A DNA stretch of 64,000 nt from an uncultured Haloferula sp. Its GTDB lineage: Bacteria; Verrucomicrobiota; Verrucomicrobiia; Verrucomicrobiales; Akkermansiaceae. This document shows positions 21,059 to 31,015 of the stretch, in pieces. Location of the stretch: positions 128,001 through 192,000 of the forward strand of contig CBFGTS010000007.1 of assembly GCA_965652295.1 (NCBI GenBank). Direction: 5' to 3'. Under the pieces are notes generated by a model. That model was given only the letters and a program-made list of their open reading frames with translations, was not told where the DNA came from and ran no database searches. A program made the translations under genes and the position numbers. Positions within the stretch are counted from its first letter, which is position 1; every line of letters begins with the position of its first letter.

Positions 21059-21583
21059 TTAATCCCGTGGCGGATTCGTCGCCCGAAGGCGTGGGACGGC
21101 TTTCGGGATGCCGGCGGCGAACCGTTTCACCGCGCGGGCGACCGGTTTCACCGCCCAGACCGTCAGCTCGATGCGGTCGGCGTCATCTCGGACCCACTCC
21201 AGCACGAGATCGCTGCTGATGCCCTCGCACTCGATCGGGAACATGGCCTTCTGTCGCGTGTGCGGTTTGTGGAGATCGATGCGCTCCAGCAGCGATTTCA
21301 CCTGTTCGTCGCCGAGGCCGCGGTCGATCGACTCGCGGATGCGTTCGATGAGAAACGGCAGGTATTCCGTCTGCGTGCGGACCACGATCTGGCGGCGGTG
21401 GATGAAGCCGTAGCGCAGTTCGTTGAGCATTTCCTCGCTGGTGAGGTCGTCCGGGTGTTCGAGCCGGTGCATGCGCTTTTCCGCCAGGTGACGGAGCAGC
21501 AGGTAGAGCCCGATCCCCAGCGGCCACGCGCTGGCGACGGCGATGAAAAGGAACCAGGAGAGGTATTTCGGGGCATCGGTCAC
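21059..21583 (-). CDS. Hypothetical protein with N-terminal transmembrane helix
   Basis: Plausible ORF between mgtE and pheT; no family recognised. Confidence 0.6.
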   Translation of the reverse strand: MTDAPKYLSWFLFIAVASAWPLGIGLYLLLRHLAEKRMHRLEHPDDLTSEEMLNELRYGFIHRRQIVVRTQTEYLPFLIERIRESIDRGLGDEQVKSLLERIDLHKPHTRQKAMFPIECEGISSDLVLEWVRDDADRIELTVWAVKPVARAVKRFAAGIPKAVPRLRATNPPRD

Positions 21584-21665
21584 GGATGATCGAAGCTAGC
21601 CCGGTTTCCTGAATTGGAAAGGTTGCGGTGGCGGCGGAATCTTTTGGGAGAGGGGACGCCGGGAT

Positions 21666-21722
21666 TGGAACGCGAGCTTCAGCTCGCCCGGGCTTCGGTG
21701 GCGAGCTGAAGCTCGCGTTCCA
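21666..21722. repeat. Perfect 22-bp inverted repeat (REP-like doublet or terminator) downstream of pheT
   Basis: tggaacgcgagcttcagctcgc ... gcgagctgaagctcgcgttcca; a related half-site lies at about 42712-42731. Confidence 0.75.
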
Positions 21723-21727
21723 GTGTC

Positions 21728-24103
21728 TTAGCGGAACCGCACGGGAAGGGATTTATCAAGGTGATCGAGCACAGCTTTGTGCGCTTGGTCGATTTCCTGC
21801 GCGTTCAACGTCTTGTTAGAGGCGCGGTAGTGCATGCGGTAGGTGATGGCCTTGCGGTCGGTGGCGAGTTTCTCACCGCTGGGATCGGTGAAGAGATCGA
21901 CGCACTCGAAGGAAACGAGGAGCGGCTGCTGGAGTTTGGCGAAGGCCTTCTCGATCTCGGCGTTGGTGAGGGAGGCGGCGGCATCGAGCGAGACGTCGCG
22001 CGAGGAACCGGGGAACTGCGGGAGGTCGGCGATGTCGAGGGAGACGGCGGCGAGCTTGCGCAGTTTGGCGAGGTCCAGCTCGGCGACGAAGATTGGAGCG
22101 GGCGAGTCGAGTTCGCGCTGACGGGCGGGACTGACCATTCCGAAGGAGCCGACATTTTGGCCACCGGCCTGGATGTCGGCACCGAGTACGTAGCCGGGGC
22201 GCTCGCGGGGCGAGAACTGGATGGCGACGCCGGGAATGAGAACCTGGATGATGGCCTTGAGGTCGTAGAGGTCGGCCTTGGCGGGCTTTTGCGTCCAGCT
22301 GGTGGCGTTGCGGTTGCCGGAGATGAGCAGGGCGAGGCTTTCAGCTTCGAGGTCCTTGGCCCTGCCGCCGCCGGCGTTGCGGAAGAAACGGCCCATTTCG
22401 AAAAGATGGAGGCTCTCGGCTTGTTGGCGGAGGTTGCGTTCGGCCGAAGCGATGAGACCGGGGACGAGGCTGGGGCGGAGCACGGCGTGGTCCTCGCTGA
22501 GAGGGAGGGCGACGCGGATGGTGTCGCCGGGTTGCAGCGGCTTGAGCGGGAGGGCGTCGGCGAGCTGGGTATCCGCGATCAGCTTGATGGTCTGGCACTC
22601 GTGGAAACCAAGGCCGGCGAGTCGTTGGCGCAGGCGCATGTCGGCATCGTAGTCGTGATCGACCGGGCTGGAGGGGACGAAGGTGCCTTGGAGGCGCGAA
22701 GGGACGGCGTCGAGGCCTTTGACGCGGACGATCTCCTCGACGAGGTCGATGTGGCGCTGGAGGTCGGCACGGAAAGCGGGGACCTGCCAGAGGCCGTCGA
22801 TGGCTTTCGAGAGGCCGAGGCGTTCGAGGATGATCGCGGCTTCGTCATGGGAAATGGACGAACCGGTGAGTTGGTCGAGCTTGGCGAGGTCGAGCGCAAC
22901 GGGGCGGGTGAGTTGCGGGGCATCACCGGCGGCGATGGTCTTTCCTTCGACGCTGCCGCCGGCGATTTCGGTGATCAACCGGATGGCGAGAGCGGCCGCG
23001 GGCAGGACGCCTTCCGGGTTCGCGCCGCGCTCGAAGCGGTAGGACGAGTCGGAGGAAAGCGCGAGCCGGCGCGAGCTGCGGCGGATGCGGGACGGGGTGA
23101 AGTACGCCGATTCCAGTAGGATGTCGGTGGTGGCTTCGGTCACGCCGCTGTCCTCGCCGCCCATGATGCCGCCGAGGGCGAGGGCGGTGCCGGAGGTGTC
23201 GGAAATCAGGCAGTCGTCGGCGGTGAGGGTGTAGGTTTCCTCGTCGAGCGCTTGGAAGCTTTCGCCCTCGGCGGCGTGGCGGACGACGATGCCGCCGGAG
23301 ACCTTGGCGGCATCGAAGGCGTGGAGCGGGTGGCCGAGTTCGTGAAGAACGAAGTTGGTGATATCGACGACGTTGTTGATCGGGCGCAGGCCGATGGCTT
23401 CGAGCCGCTGCTTGAGCCAGGCCGGGCTTTCGGTGACCTTGACGCCGCTGATCCGGGTGAGGGTGTAGAAGGGGCAGGTCTCGGGTGCGTCGATGCGGAC
23501 GGCATTGCCCGTGGCGGCTTCGAGCGCCGGGAGATCGAGCGGTTTCAGCGGGACTTCGAGCAGCGTGGCCATCTCGCGGGCCATGCCGTAGTGGCTGAGG
23601 AGGTCGGGGCGGTTTGGGGTGACCTCGACTTCGAGCAGCACATCACTTTCGAAAAGCTCCTTCACCGGTTTGCCGATTTCGGCGTCGGGCGGCAGGATCA
23701 TGAGGCCGTCCTCGCTATCGGTCAGGCCGATTTCGGAGGCGGCGGCGAGCATGCCTTTGGATTCGACGCCGCGCATCTTGGTCTCGCCGATGACGAAGCC
23801 GCCGAGGTCGGCACCGGGGAGGCAGCAGGGAACCTTGTCGCCGACCTTGTAGTTCTTCGCGCCGCAGACGATCTGGCGGAGTTGGCCCTCGCCGGCGTCG
23901 ACCTGGGTGACCTTGAGCTTGTCGGCGTTGGGGTGGGGAACGGCTTCCTTGATCTGGGCGACGACGATTTTGTCGGAGGGCACGCCCTTGACCTCGATGC
24001 CTTCGACTTCGACGCCGGCGAAGGTGAGGAGCTTGTCGAGTTCGTCGGGGGTTTTGCCCTTGAGATCGACGTGGGTGGCGAGCCAGTTGAGAGAGACGTT
24101 CAT
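21728..24103 (-). CDS. pheT: Phenylalanine--tRNA ligase beta subunit
   Basis: HPNADKL, IVCGA, TPNRPDLLS, SYRFERG, DLVEEI and C-terminal FDX-ACB domain. Confidence 0.97.
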   Translation of the reverse strand: MNVSLNWLATHVDLKGKTPDELDKLLTFAGVEVEGIEVKGVPSDKIVVAQIKEAVPHPNADKLKVTQVDAGEGQLRQIVCGAKNYKVGDKVPCCLPGADLGGFVIGETKMRGVESKGMLAAASEIGLTDSEDGLMILPPDAEIGKPVKELFESDVLLEVEVTPNRPDLLSHYGMAREMATLLEVPLKPLDLPALEAATGNAVRIDAPETCPFYTLTRISGVKVTESPAWLKQRLEAIGLRPINNVVDITNFVLHELGHPLHAFDAAKVSGGIVVRHAAEGESFQALDEETYTLTADDCLISDTSGTALALGGIMGGEDSGVTEATTDILLESAYFTPSRIRRSSRRLALSSDSSYRFERGANPEGVLPAAALAIRLITEIAGGSVEGKTIAAGDAPQLTRPVALDLAKLDQLTGSSISHDEAAIILERLGLSKAIDGLWQVPAFRADLQRHIDLVEEIVRVKGLDAVPSRLQGTFVPSSPVDHDYDADMRLRQRLAGLGFHECQTIKLIADTQLADALPLKPLQPGDTIRVALPLSEDHAVLRPSLVPGLIASAERNLRQQAESLHLFEMGRFFRNAGGGRAKDLEAESLALLISGNRNATSWTQKPAKADLYDLKAIIQVLIPGVAIQFSPRERPGYVLGADIQAGGQNVGSFGMVSPARQRELDSPAPIFVAELDLAKLRKLAAVSLDIADLPQFPGSSRDVSLDAAASLTNAEIEKAFAKLQQPLLVSFECVDLFTDPSGEKLATDRKAITYRMHYRASNKTLNAQEIDQAHKAVLDHLDKSLPVRFR

Positions 24104-24106
24104 GGC

Positions 24107-24137
24107 GATGGTGGATGGTAGATGGAGGATGGTGGAT
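24107..24137. repeat. Heptamer tandem array (GATGGnn x4) left of the four-helix-bundle gene
   Basis: gatggtg gatggta gatggag gatggtg gat. Confidence 0.75.
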
Positions 24138-24199
24138 CCCGGGGGGCGGACAGGATGAGGACGCGGGCTGTCTTGGTGGGGAAAACCGATAATGGAATT

Positions 24200-24607
24200 C
24201 TAGGTGCGATCCGGATCGTGCTGGCGTTCGACTCCTTTGATGAAGAGGTAGATGGATTTGGAGAGGTCGGAGAGACGACCTTCGAGATGATTGAAAAGAT
24301 CCGTGTCGGTGAGGGAACCCGTGTCGTGGAGAGTTTCCAGGTGATCGATCGTCTCCATGCAGGAAGCGTAGGAGAAGTCGAGAAAACGGATGTAATCCGC
24401 CTTGTAGCGCCTCCGACCATGACCCTCGACGATGTTGGATTTGACCGATTTCATGCTACGGCGGATCTGGCTGCCCTCCTCGTAGAGCTCGAATTTCGGG
24501 AGTTTTGTCAGGCTCATCTGATGGATTTCAACTGTCAGGTCACGGGCGATCTGCCAGATCTTGAGCTTCTTGTGTCCGAAAGGCACCGAGTCCATGGCAT
24601 CCATCAT
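24200..24607 (-). CDS. Four helix bundle protein (23S rRNA IVP / TIGR02436-like family)
   Basis: [39 protein letters not shown]. The real start may be 24595. Confidence 0.9.
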   Translation of the reverse strand: MMDAMDSVPFGHKKLKIWQIARDLTVEIHQMSLTKLPKFELYEEGSQIRRSMKSVKSNIVEGHGRRRYKADYIRFLDFSYASCMETIDHLETLHDTGSLTDTDLFNHLEGRLSDLSKSIYLFIKGVERQHDPDRT

Positions 24608-24629
24608 CTTTCATCCACCATCTACGATC
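24595..24629. repeat. Degenerate heptamer array, inverted relative to 24107-24137, right of the four-helix-bundle gene
   Basis: Reverse complement reads gatcgta gatggtg gatgaaa gatgatg gatgcca. Confidence 0.65.
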
Positions 24630-24639
24630 TCAGCCCGCC

Positions 24640-25656
24640 TCACGCGAATTGCTTGAGGAACCGGACATCGTTCTCGATCAGCAGCCGGATGTCCTTGATG
24701 CCCCAGCGGATCATGGCGAGGCGGTCGAGGCCCATGCCGAAGGCGAAGCCGGTGACGTTTTCGGGATCGAAAGCGTCGTCCTTGCGGCTCTTGTCGATCG
24801 ATTCGAAGACGGCGGGATCGACCATGCCGCAGCCAGCGACTTCGATCCACTTGGGGGCCTGGCCCTTGGCGTGGAGTTTGACGTCGATCTCGAAGCTGGG
24901 CTCGGTGAAGGGGAAGAAGTGGGGACGGAAACGGACCGCGGTGTCGGAGCCGAACATTTCGCGGAGGAAGTATTCGAGGGTGCCCTTGAGGTCGCCCAGG
25001 GAGACGTCGCGATCGACGTAGAGACCTTCGAGCTGGTTGAACACGGAGAGGTGGGTGGCGTCGATCTCGTCGCGGCGGTAGGCGGAGCCGGGGGCGATGA
25101 TGCGGACCGGAGGGGCCTGGGTTTCCATGGTGCGGATCTGCACGCTGGAGGTGTGGGTGCGGAGCAGCTTGCCGGAGTCGAAATAGAAGGTGTCCTTCTC
25201 GTTGCGCGCGGGGTGGTCGGCGGGGGTGTTCAGCGCGTCGAAGCAGTGGAACTCGTCCTCGATCTCGGGGCCATCGGCGAGGGCGAAGCCCATGCGGCGG
25301 AGAACCTCGATGGCCTGATGGCGGATGAGGGTGAGGGGATGGAGCGAGCCGTGGTGGAGGGCGCGGCCGGGCAGGGTGAGGTCGATGCCTTCAAGCGCCC
25401 TGGCGTCGGCGATGGCCTGGAGGGCCTGTTGCTTGGTCTCGAGCGCCTCGGTGATGGCGGTCCGGGAGGTGTTGAGGAGCTGGCCGATCTCGGCCTTCTG
25501 CTCCTTGGGCACATCGCGCATGCCGGCGGACACTTCGGTGAGCGAGCCCTTTTTCCCGAGGATGGCGACGCGGGCGTCTTCGAGGGCGCGGGCGTCGGCT
25601 GCGGCTTCGATGCGGGCAAGGGCTTCGGCCTGGATGGCGGCGATCTTTTCCTTCAT
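24640..25656 (-). CDS. pheS: Phenylalanine--tRNA ligase alpha subunit
   Basis: HPAR..DTFY, LRTHTS, FPFTEPS, GFAFGMGLDR. Confidence 0.97.
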   Translation of the reverse strand: MKEKIAAIQAEALARIEAAADARALEDARVAILGKKGSLTEVSAGMRDVPKEQKAEIGQLLNTSRTAITEALETKQQALQAIADARALEGIDLTLPGRALHHGSLHPLTLIRHQAIEVLRRMGFALADGPEIEDEFHCFDALNTPADHPARNEKDTFYFDSGKLLRTHTSSVQIRTMETQAPPVRIIAPGSAYRRDEIDATHLSVFNQLEGLYVDRDVSLGDLKGTLEYFLREMFGSDTAVRFRPHFFPFTEPSFEIDVKLHAKGQAPKWIEVAGCGMVDPAVFESIDKSRKDDAFDPENVTGFAFGMGLDRLAMIRWGIKDIRLLIENDVRFLKQFA

Positions 25657-25779
25657 GGCAATGCGGGGGCGCAGGGGATAGCGGGAAGCGGGCGGGAGGT
25701 CAAAGCCCGGATGGTGGTGTTTGGGATGGGGAGGGCTTTTGAGGTGAGGCGGTGCCGGTCTCATGACCGGCGCTCCACG

Positions 25780-25815
25780 AAAAAACGCCGTCCGGCGAAC
25801 CGGACGGCGTTTTTT
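25780..25815 (-). terminator. Intrinsic terminator after rplT (potentially bidirectional)
   Basis: aaaaaacgccgtccgg-cgaa-ccggacggcgtttttt. Confidence 0.85.
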
Positions 25816-25836
25816 GAATCGGAGACCGGTAACCGA

Positions 25837-26211
25837 TCAGGCGGCGGCACCCTTCTTTTCGAGGGCGGCCTTGGCCTGGGCGATGATCGCCGAGAACGCG
25901 GCTGCGTCCTGGACGGCGAGGTCGGCGAGGATCTTGCGGTCGGCTTGGATGCCGGCGGCATTGAGACCCTCGATGAAGCGGGAATAGGTCAGGCCTTCGT
26001 TGCGGACGGCAGCGCTGATGCGCTGGATCCACAGACGGCGGAACTGGCCTTTCCGCTTCTTCCGGTCGCGGTACTCATAGATGTGGGCCTTGCGGACGGC
26101 GTCCTTGGCGTAGCGGTAGAGCTTCGAGCGGAAACCGCGGAAGCCTTTGGCACGCAGGAGCACCCGCTTGCGGCGGGCGCGTGAGGCCGGGCTGTTGGTG
26201 GCGCGTGGCAT
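25837..26211 (-). CDS. rplT: 50S ribosomal protein L20
   Basis: MPRATN..., [34 protein letters not shown]. Confidence 0.98.
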   Translation of the reverse strand: MPRATNSPASRARRKRVLLRAKGFRGFRSKLYRYAKDAVRKAHIYEYRDRKKRKGQFRRLWIQRISAAVRNEGLTYSRFIEGLNAAGIQADRKILADLAVQDAAAFSAIIAQAKAALEKKGAAA

Positions 26212-26355
26212 TGGTGCTTATCAGTTCGGACAGGCCGTTGGTTGTTCTTACCTCCCGCAGTCTCGCTTGTCCGTTGGTACCCTTGCGGGTCAGGCTGCGA
26301 TGGAGGCCGTCCGAGGCGCGGACGGGGGCGTGGTGATGTCGCTACAGTGTCAGGT

Positions 26356-26565
26356 TCAGGCGAAAGGAAGGTTCTCCTTTACGTTTTTGATGTCAGCGTC
26401 GGAAACGAGCGTCACCTTACCCAGGTGGCGCTTGCGCTTGCGGCTCTTGCATTGGAGCAAGTGTCGCTTGCCTTGTTTGCGACGCAGGACCTTCCCTGTG
26501 CCTGTCACCTTGAAACGTTTGGCGACAGCCTTCCGGGTCTTTGCTTTTCCTGCGATCCGTGGCAT
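26356..26565 (-). CDS. rpmI: 50S ribosomal protein L35
   Basis: KTRKAVAKRFKVTGTGK...GKRHLL. Confidence 0.96.
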   Translation of the reverse strand: MPRIAGKAKTRKAVAKRFKVTGTGKVLRRKQGKRHLLQCKSRKRKRHLGKVTLVSDADIKNVKENLPFA

Positions 26566-26764
26566 GGGGCGGCGAAACTAGGGGGCGGCCGGGGGTTGGC
26601 AAGACAAAAGTAGCTGTTTTCCCGCTCAAACCGCGTGGTGTCCGGCAGGGGACTCGGGAGAGGCCCGGGGACGATGGCTCCAGCTTCCCGCCTCATTTTC
26701 GATCACCCAACATGAGGGTTTGGGGTTGAGGGTGATGGCTTCGGCGTTACGATCCGCCCACTTC

Positions 26765-27715
26765 ATGAATCGCATTCTGGTCTGGATTTCCGCCGTTCTT
26801 TCCGCGTTGACGCCTCTCGTTGCCGAGGAGGCCGTGATGGTCGTGGAGGCTCACTCAGGGAAGGTGCTCATCGGGCGCAACACCACGGTGAAACGGCCGG
26901 TGGCCAGCCTGACCAAGGTGGCGACGGGCGTGCTGGTGGTCGATTGGGCGGAAGCCGCCGGAACCGATCTGGCGACGACCCAGGTGGTGGTGCCGAACTC
27001 GGTGATCGGAGCCGGCGGGGCGAATCCGATGCAGCTGGTACCGGGCGAGCGGCTGACGGCGCTCGATGCGTTGTTTTCCGCGATGCTGGGCAGCGACAAC
27101 GCCGCCGCGCTGACACTGGCGGATCATGTGGGACGGGAGTTTCTCCGCCGCCACGGCCGGTCGGGGGATCCGGTGGCCGCTTTCGTGCAGGAAATGAACC
27201 ACCTCGCCGAGGCTCTCAACATGCGGAAGACCAAGTTCGTCAATCCCCATGGCTTGGAAGCCCCGGACAAAATCGGTCTCTCCACCGCGGCGGACATCGC
27301 CAAGCTCTCGATCTACGCGATGCGCCGGCCGGGCATGACTTTCGTGACCCGGCAGCCGTCCCGCAAAGTCACGGTGCAGGGTGTCGGCGGTGCCCGTTCC
27401 TACCAGATCAAGAACACCAATGAGCTGGTTTCCGAACACATCATCGGGGTCAAAACCGGCACCACGGCGGCGGCGGGCGAATGCCTCTCCGTATCGGTCG
27501 AGCGCGAGCCGATGATCCGCACCAAAGCCGACGGCACCAAGGGCGTGACGCCGCGGCGGTTGATCATCGTGTTGCTCGACTCCCAGGATCGCTTCACCAA
27601 GGCGCGCGGATTGATCAAACAGGGGTGGGGGATCTACGATTCCTGGGTGGCATCCGGAGCGGTGGTGACCAACCCGGAGCGGGAGATTCTCACCGTTCCC
27701 GACCCGCGCGGGTGA
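26765..27715 (+). CDS. D-alanyl-D-alanine carboxypeptidase (peptidase S11)
   Basis: SxxK (ASLTK), SxN (SDN), NPHGL and KTG motifs; signal peptide. Confidence 0.9.
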   Translation: MNRILVWISAVLSALTPLVAEEAVMVVEAHSGKVLIGRNTTVKRPVASLTKVATGVLVVDWAEAAGTDLATTQVVVPNSVIGAGGANPMQLVPGERLTALDALFSAMLGSDNAAALTLADHVGREFLRRHGRSGDPVAAFVQEMNHLAEALNMRKTKFVNPHGLEAPDKIGLSTAADIAKLSIYAMRRPGMTFVTRQPSRKVTVQGVGGARSYQIKNTNELVSEHIIGVKTGTTAAAGECLSVSVEREPMIRTKADGTKGVTPRRLIIVLLDSQDRFTKARGLIKQGWGIYDSWVASGAVVTNPEREILTVPDPRG

Positions 27716-27770
27716 TGAGGACATTTTTTTTCCTTATCAAACCCAGAGAAATTAGAGAGAGCCGGTGCCG

Positions 27771-28844
27771 ATGCGTATCGGAATTCTGAATAGCGGAGGC
27801 GACTGCCCGGGCCTCAATGCGGTGATTCATGGGGTCGTGGGTGCAGCCACCCAGTTGGGCTGGGAGGTGATTGGCTTCAAGGATGGCTTCGAGGGGCTGC
27901 TGCCGCCCGGAGATTTCACCATCCTGAAGTCCGAAGACACCACCGGCATTCTCAAGCTCGGAGGCACCATCCTCGGCACCACCAACAAGGGCCACTTCGC
28001 CGCCAAGGTCGGCAAGGGCGACATCGCCGAGGTGCCGGCGGACATCGTGGCCAAGGCAAAGAAGACTCTCGACCAGCTCGAGATCGGAGCGCTGGTGATC
28101 GTCGGCGGCGACGGTTCGCTGACCACCGCCTTGCAGCTCTATCGTGAAGGCTGGCCGGTGATCGGCGTGCCGAAGACGATCGACAACGACCTTCAGGCGA
28201 CGGCGATGACCTTCGGTTTCGACAGTGCGGTGAGCACCGTGGTCGATGGCCTCGATCGTCTGCACACCACGGCGGACAGCCACAAGCGCGTGATGGTGCT
28301 GGAGGTCATGGGCCGTCACGCCGGGTGGATCGCCCTGTGGGGCGGGATCGCCGGTGGAGCGGATGCGATTCTCCTGCCGGAGATCGGGTTCAGCCTTGAG
28401 AAGGTGGCCGACCACATCAAGCAACGCGACGCCTTGGGGCGCCACAGCTCACTGATCGTGGTGGCGGAGGGAGCCAAGCTTCCCGATGGCGACATCGTCA
28501 CGATCGCCGAGAACGCCGGCGGGGAAGTTCGTCTCGGCGGTGTGGGCGATGTGGTGGCGAAACGCCTCGAGCAACTCACCGGCAAGGAAACCCGCTCGTG
28601 CACGCTGGGGCACCTCCAGCGCGGCGGGGCTCCTACGGCGCTCGACCGGATTCTCGGAACCCGCTTCGGGGTGATGGCCGTCAAGCTCGCCGCCGAAGGC
28701 AACTTCGGCCGCATGGTCAGCTATCAGGCCTACCACGTCGACTCGGTGCCGATCGAGGAGGCTGTGCACCAGCTCCGCTTGGTGACGCCGGATGGCGAAA
28801 TGGTGAAAGCCGCCAAGGCGGTCGGCATCTGCCTGGGAGACTGA
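27771..28844 (+). CDS. pfkA: 6-phosphofructokinase
   Basis: SGGDCPGLN, GGDGS, PKTIDND, EVMGR, LGHLQRGG. Confidence 0.95.
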   Translation: MRIGILNSGGDCPGLNAVIHGVVGAATQLGWEVIGFKDGFEGLLPPGDFTILKSEDTTGILKLGGTILGTTNKGHFAAKVGKGDIAEVPADIVAKAKKTLDQLEIGALVIVGGDGSLTTALQLYREGWPVIGVPKTIDNDLQATAMTFGFDSAVSTVVDGLDRLHTTADSHKRVMVLEVMGRHAGWIALWGGIAGGADAILLPEIGFSLEKVADHIKQRDALGRHSSLIVVAEGAKLPDGDIVTIAENAGGEVRLGGVGDVVAKRLEQLTGKETRSCTLGHLQRGGAPTALDRILGTRFGVMAVKLAAEGNFGRMVSYQAYHVDSVPIEEAVHQLRLVTPDGEMVKAAKAVGICLGD

Positions 28845-28910
28845 TCCCTTTTTTCCGAAGCCGCGGGGAGCACTTGCTTCTCGCGGCTTTTCTTTTTAGT
28901 TCCGGGCACC

Positions 28911-29396
28911 ATGTCGATCGACCCCTTGCTGGATCTCCTGCGCCGGAAGGCGCGCCACACGCACCGCCAACTCGCAGAGCTGCTCTCGCTGAGCGAGGAG
29001 GAGGTGAAGGCGCGGATCGCCGAGTGGGAGAAGGACGGCACCATCGCCGGCTACCAGGCGGTGATCGATCCCGAGCTTGCCGGTGATCAGGACGTCTCGG
29101 CTTTCATCGAGGTGAAGCTCACTCCCGAACGGGGCGGTGGCTTCGACCGGCTGGCATTCCGCATCGCCCGCTTCGACCAGGTGGTGAGCTGCTACCTGGC
29201 CAGTGGAGGCTATGACCTGATGGTGGTGGTCGAAGGCAGCGACCTTCGGGAGGTCGCCCGATTCGTCTCCGAAAAGCTCAGCACGATGGATGGTGTGCTT
29301 TCCTCGGCCACCCATTTCCGCCTGAAAACCTACAAGGAGAACGGTTTCCTTCTCGAGCACCAGGATGCGCCCGAGAGGCTCGCGGTGGCTCCGTGA
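28911..29396 (+). CDS. Lrp/AsnC family transcriptional regulator
   Basis: N-terminal HTH and C-terminal SGGYDL RAM domain. Confidence 0.9.
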   Translation: MSIDPLLDLLRRKARHTHRQLAELLSLSEEEVKARIAEWEKDGTIAGYQAVIDPELAGDQDVSAFIEVKLTPERGGGFDRLAFRIARFDQVVSCYLASGGYDLMVVVEGSDLREVARFVSEKLSTMDGVLSSATHFRLKTYKENGFLLEHQDAPERLAVAP

Positions 29397-30293
29397 TCAG
29401 TGCGCCATCGGCGTGCCGATGCGGGCGTAGAGTTCGACCTGCTTGGCGCTGTTCTCGAGCAGATCCTCGGCGAGCGTCACCGCACCCGGCTCGAAGAGGG
29501 TGATGGTGGAGGAGCCGCCGAAGGCGAAATAGCCCTTCTCCGCACCCTTCTCCACCGGCTGGCCCTCGGTGTAGGTCTGGTGGATGGAGCCGACACAGGT
29601 GGCACCGATCTCGACGACGAGAACGAGGCCGAGGTGGGGCGTCTCCACACGGGTGAGGGTGCGCTTGTTTTCCCACAGGTAGTGGAGGTGCCGGCGCAGG
29701 GCGATGGGAGAGACGGAGTAGAGCGGACCATCGATCATTTCCGCCGGTCCGGGCGTGCCGGCGCAGGGGAAATGGAAGCGGTGGTAGTCGACCGGGCAGA
29801 GCCGCGACAGCACGAGCGAGCCGTGGGCGAAGCGCTCGGCGAGGTCGTCCGAGCCCAGCAGCCCGCGCAGGTCGAAGCGCTGGCCTTTTGCGAAAAACGC
29901 CTCGATTTCCGAGATTCTCGGAAAGCCGAGGTGGCGGCCATCGGCGGGGAAAACCACGGGAGCCGCGGGATCGATCGGGCGCGCCTCGGGCTTGAGTTTC
30001 CGGTAGAAGAATTCGTTGAAGTTGCGGAACGAATCGACCGGAGCGGCGAAGTCCGCGGGATCGAGATCGTAGTCGCGGATGAACGGAGCGATCTTCGTCC
30101 GGCTGGCCGGCGCATCCATTTTCCGACCGTACCATCGGGAAAACGCGGCGCGCTTGATAAGGCCCTGGAGCGGCAGGACGCCGAGCGGGTGCTCGTAGAC
30201 GAAGCGCAGGAAGCCCTCCCCGTAAACCTTCTCGGTTTCGGTGCGCAGGGTGTGGCGGTTGAAGAACTGGATGTCGTCCACGACCCCCGGCAT
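29397..30293 (-). CDS. psd: Phosphatidylserine decarboxylase
   Basis: FNEFFYRKLK, PADG, RLCPVDYHRFHFP, NKR and the FGGSS cleavage motif. Confidence 0.92.
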   Translation of the reverse strand: MPGVVDDIQFFNRHTLRTETEKVYGEGFLRFVYEHPLGVLPLQGLIKRAAFSRWYGRKMDAPASRTKIAPFIRDYDLDPADFAAPVDSFRNFNEFFYRKLKPEARPIDPAAPVVFPADGRHLGFPRISEIEAFFAKGQRFDLRGLLGSDDLAERFAHGSLVLSRLCPVDYHRFHFPCAGTPGPAEMIDGPLYSVSPIALRRHLHYLWENKRTLTRVETPHLGLVLVVEIGATCVGSIHQTYTEGQPVEKGAEKGYFAFGGSSTITLFEPGAVTLAEDLLENSAKQVELYARIGTPMAH

Positions 30294-30389
30294 ACGGCAG
30301 GGTTTTCTCCGCGCAAAGCGAAAGCTGGGTTGGAAGCCGTCGTCCGGTAGGGCTTGCTTGCGGTGGCAAGGGGGGGTATCGGGCTGGGC

Positions 30390-31004
30390 ATGAGCCGCTT
30401 GGTAACGCTGCTGGCCGCTTCGCTCCTGGTTTCCGGGTGCGGAAAGCGCGACGAGGTGACGGTCGACGGCACCCGTCCGCGGACGATGCGCGACGAAAAC
30501 CTGAAGCCAACCGCGGACGACGGCGAGCGCTTCAGCAGTGCGGCGCATGCCGCACCGGGTGGCATGATGGGCGGCACCCCCGCCGCAGCCCCGGTGGTGG
30601 CCGGAACAGTGCCGGAGGGCTGGCAGGAAGCTCCGCCGAACATATTCCGCCTGCTCAACTACACTTTCGGCGAAGGTGGCGAGGTCTATCTCTCGCTCAG
30701 CCGCGGTGGCGTGCTGGAAAACGTCAATCGCTGGCTGGCGCAGTTCGGTGCCGCCGCGCTGGCCGATCTTGAGGGCCAGGAGCGCATCGAGGCGGCGGGA
30801 TACTCCGGCGTGTGGGTCGAGGCGGATGGGGCCTTCGGCGGGGCGATGGGTGCCGCGGCGAAGGACGACTGGGCGTTGCGGGGCGTGGTTCTGGAAAAGG
30901 ATGGCGAGATTTTGACCGTAAAGATGATGGGTCCGGCGGCCGCGATGGCCGAAGAGGAGACGAAACTGCGCGCGTTTCTCGCTGATCTGAAGCCGGCCCC
31001 CTGA
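30390..31004 (+). CDS. Lipoprotein upstream of the cytochrome c biogenesis genes
   Basis: Lipobox LVSGC; NVNRW..Q motif; first gene of an apparent operon. Confidence 0.7.
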   Translation: MSRLVTLLAASLLVSGCGKRDEVTVDGTRPRTMRDENLKPTADDGERFSSAAHAAPGGMMGGTPAAAPVVAGTVPEGWQEAPPNIFRLLNYTFGEGGEVYLSLSRGGVLENVNRWLAQFGAAALADLEGQERIEAAGYSGVWVEADGAFGGAMGAAAKDDWALRGVVLEKDGEILTVKMMGPAAAMAEEETKLRAFLADLKPAP

Positions 31005-31015
31005 CGACTCTCCTG

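Noticed and set aside
24200..24607. Diversity-generating retroelement suggested by the Avd-like protein
   Set aside because: No reverse transcriptase and no template/variable repeat pair with adenine-specific mismatches in the window.
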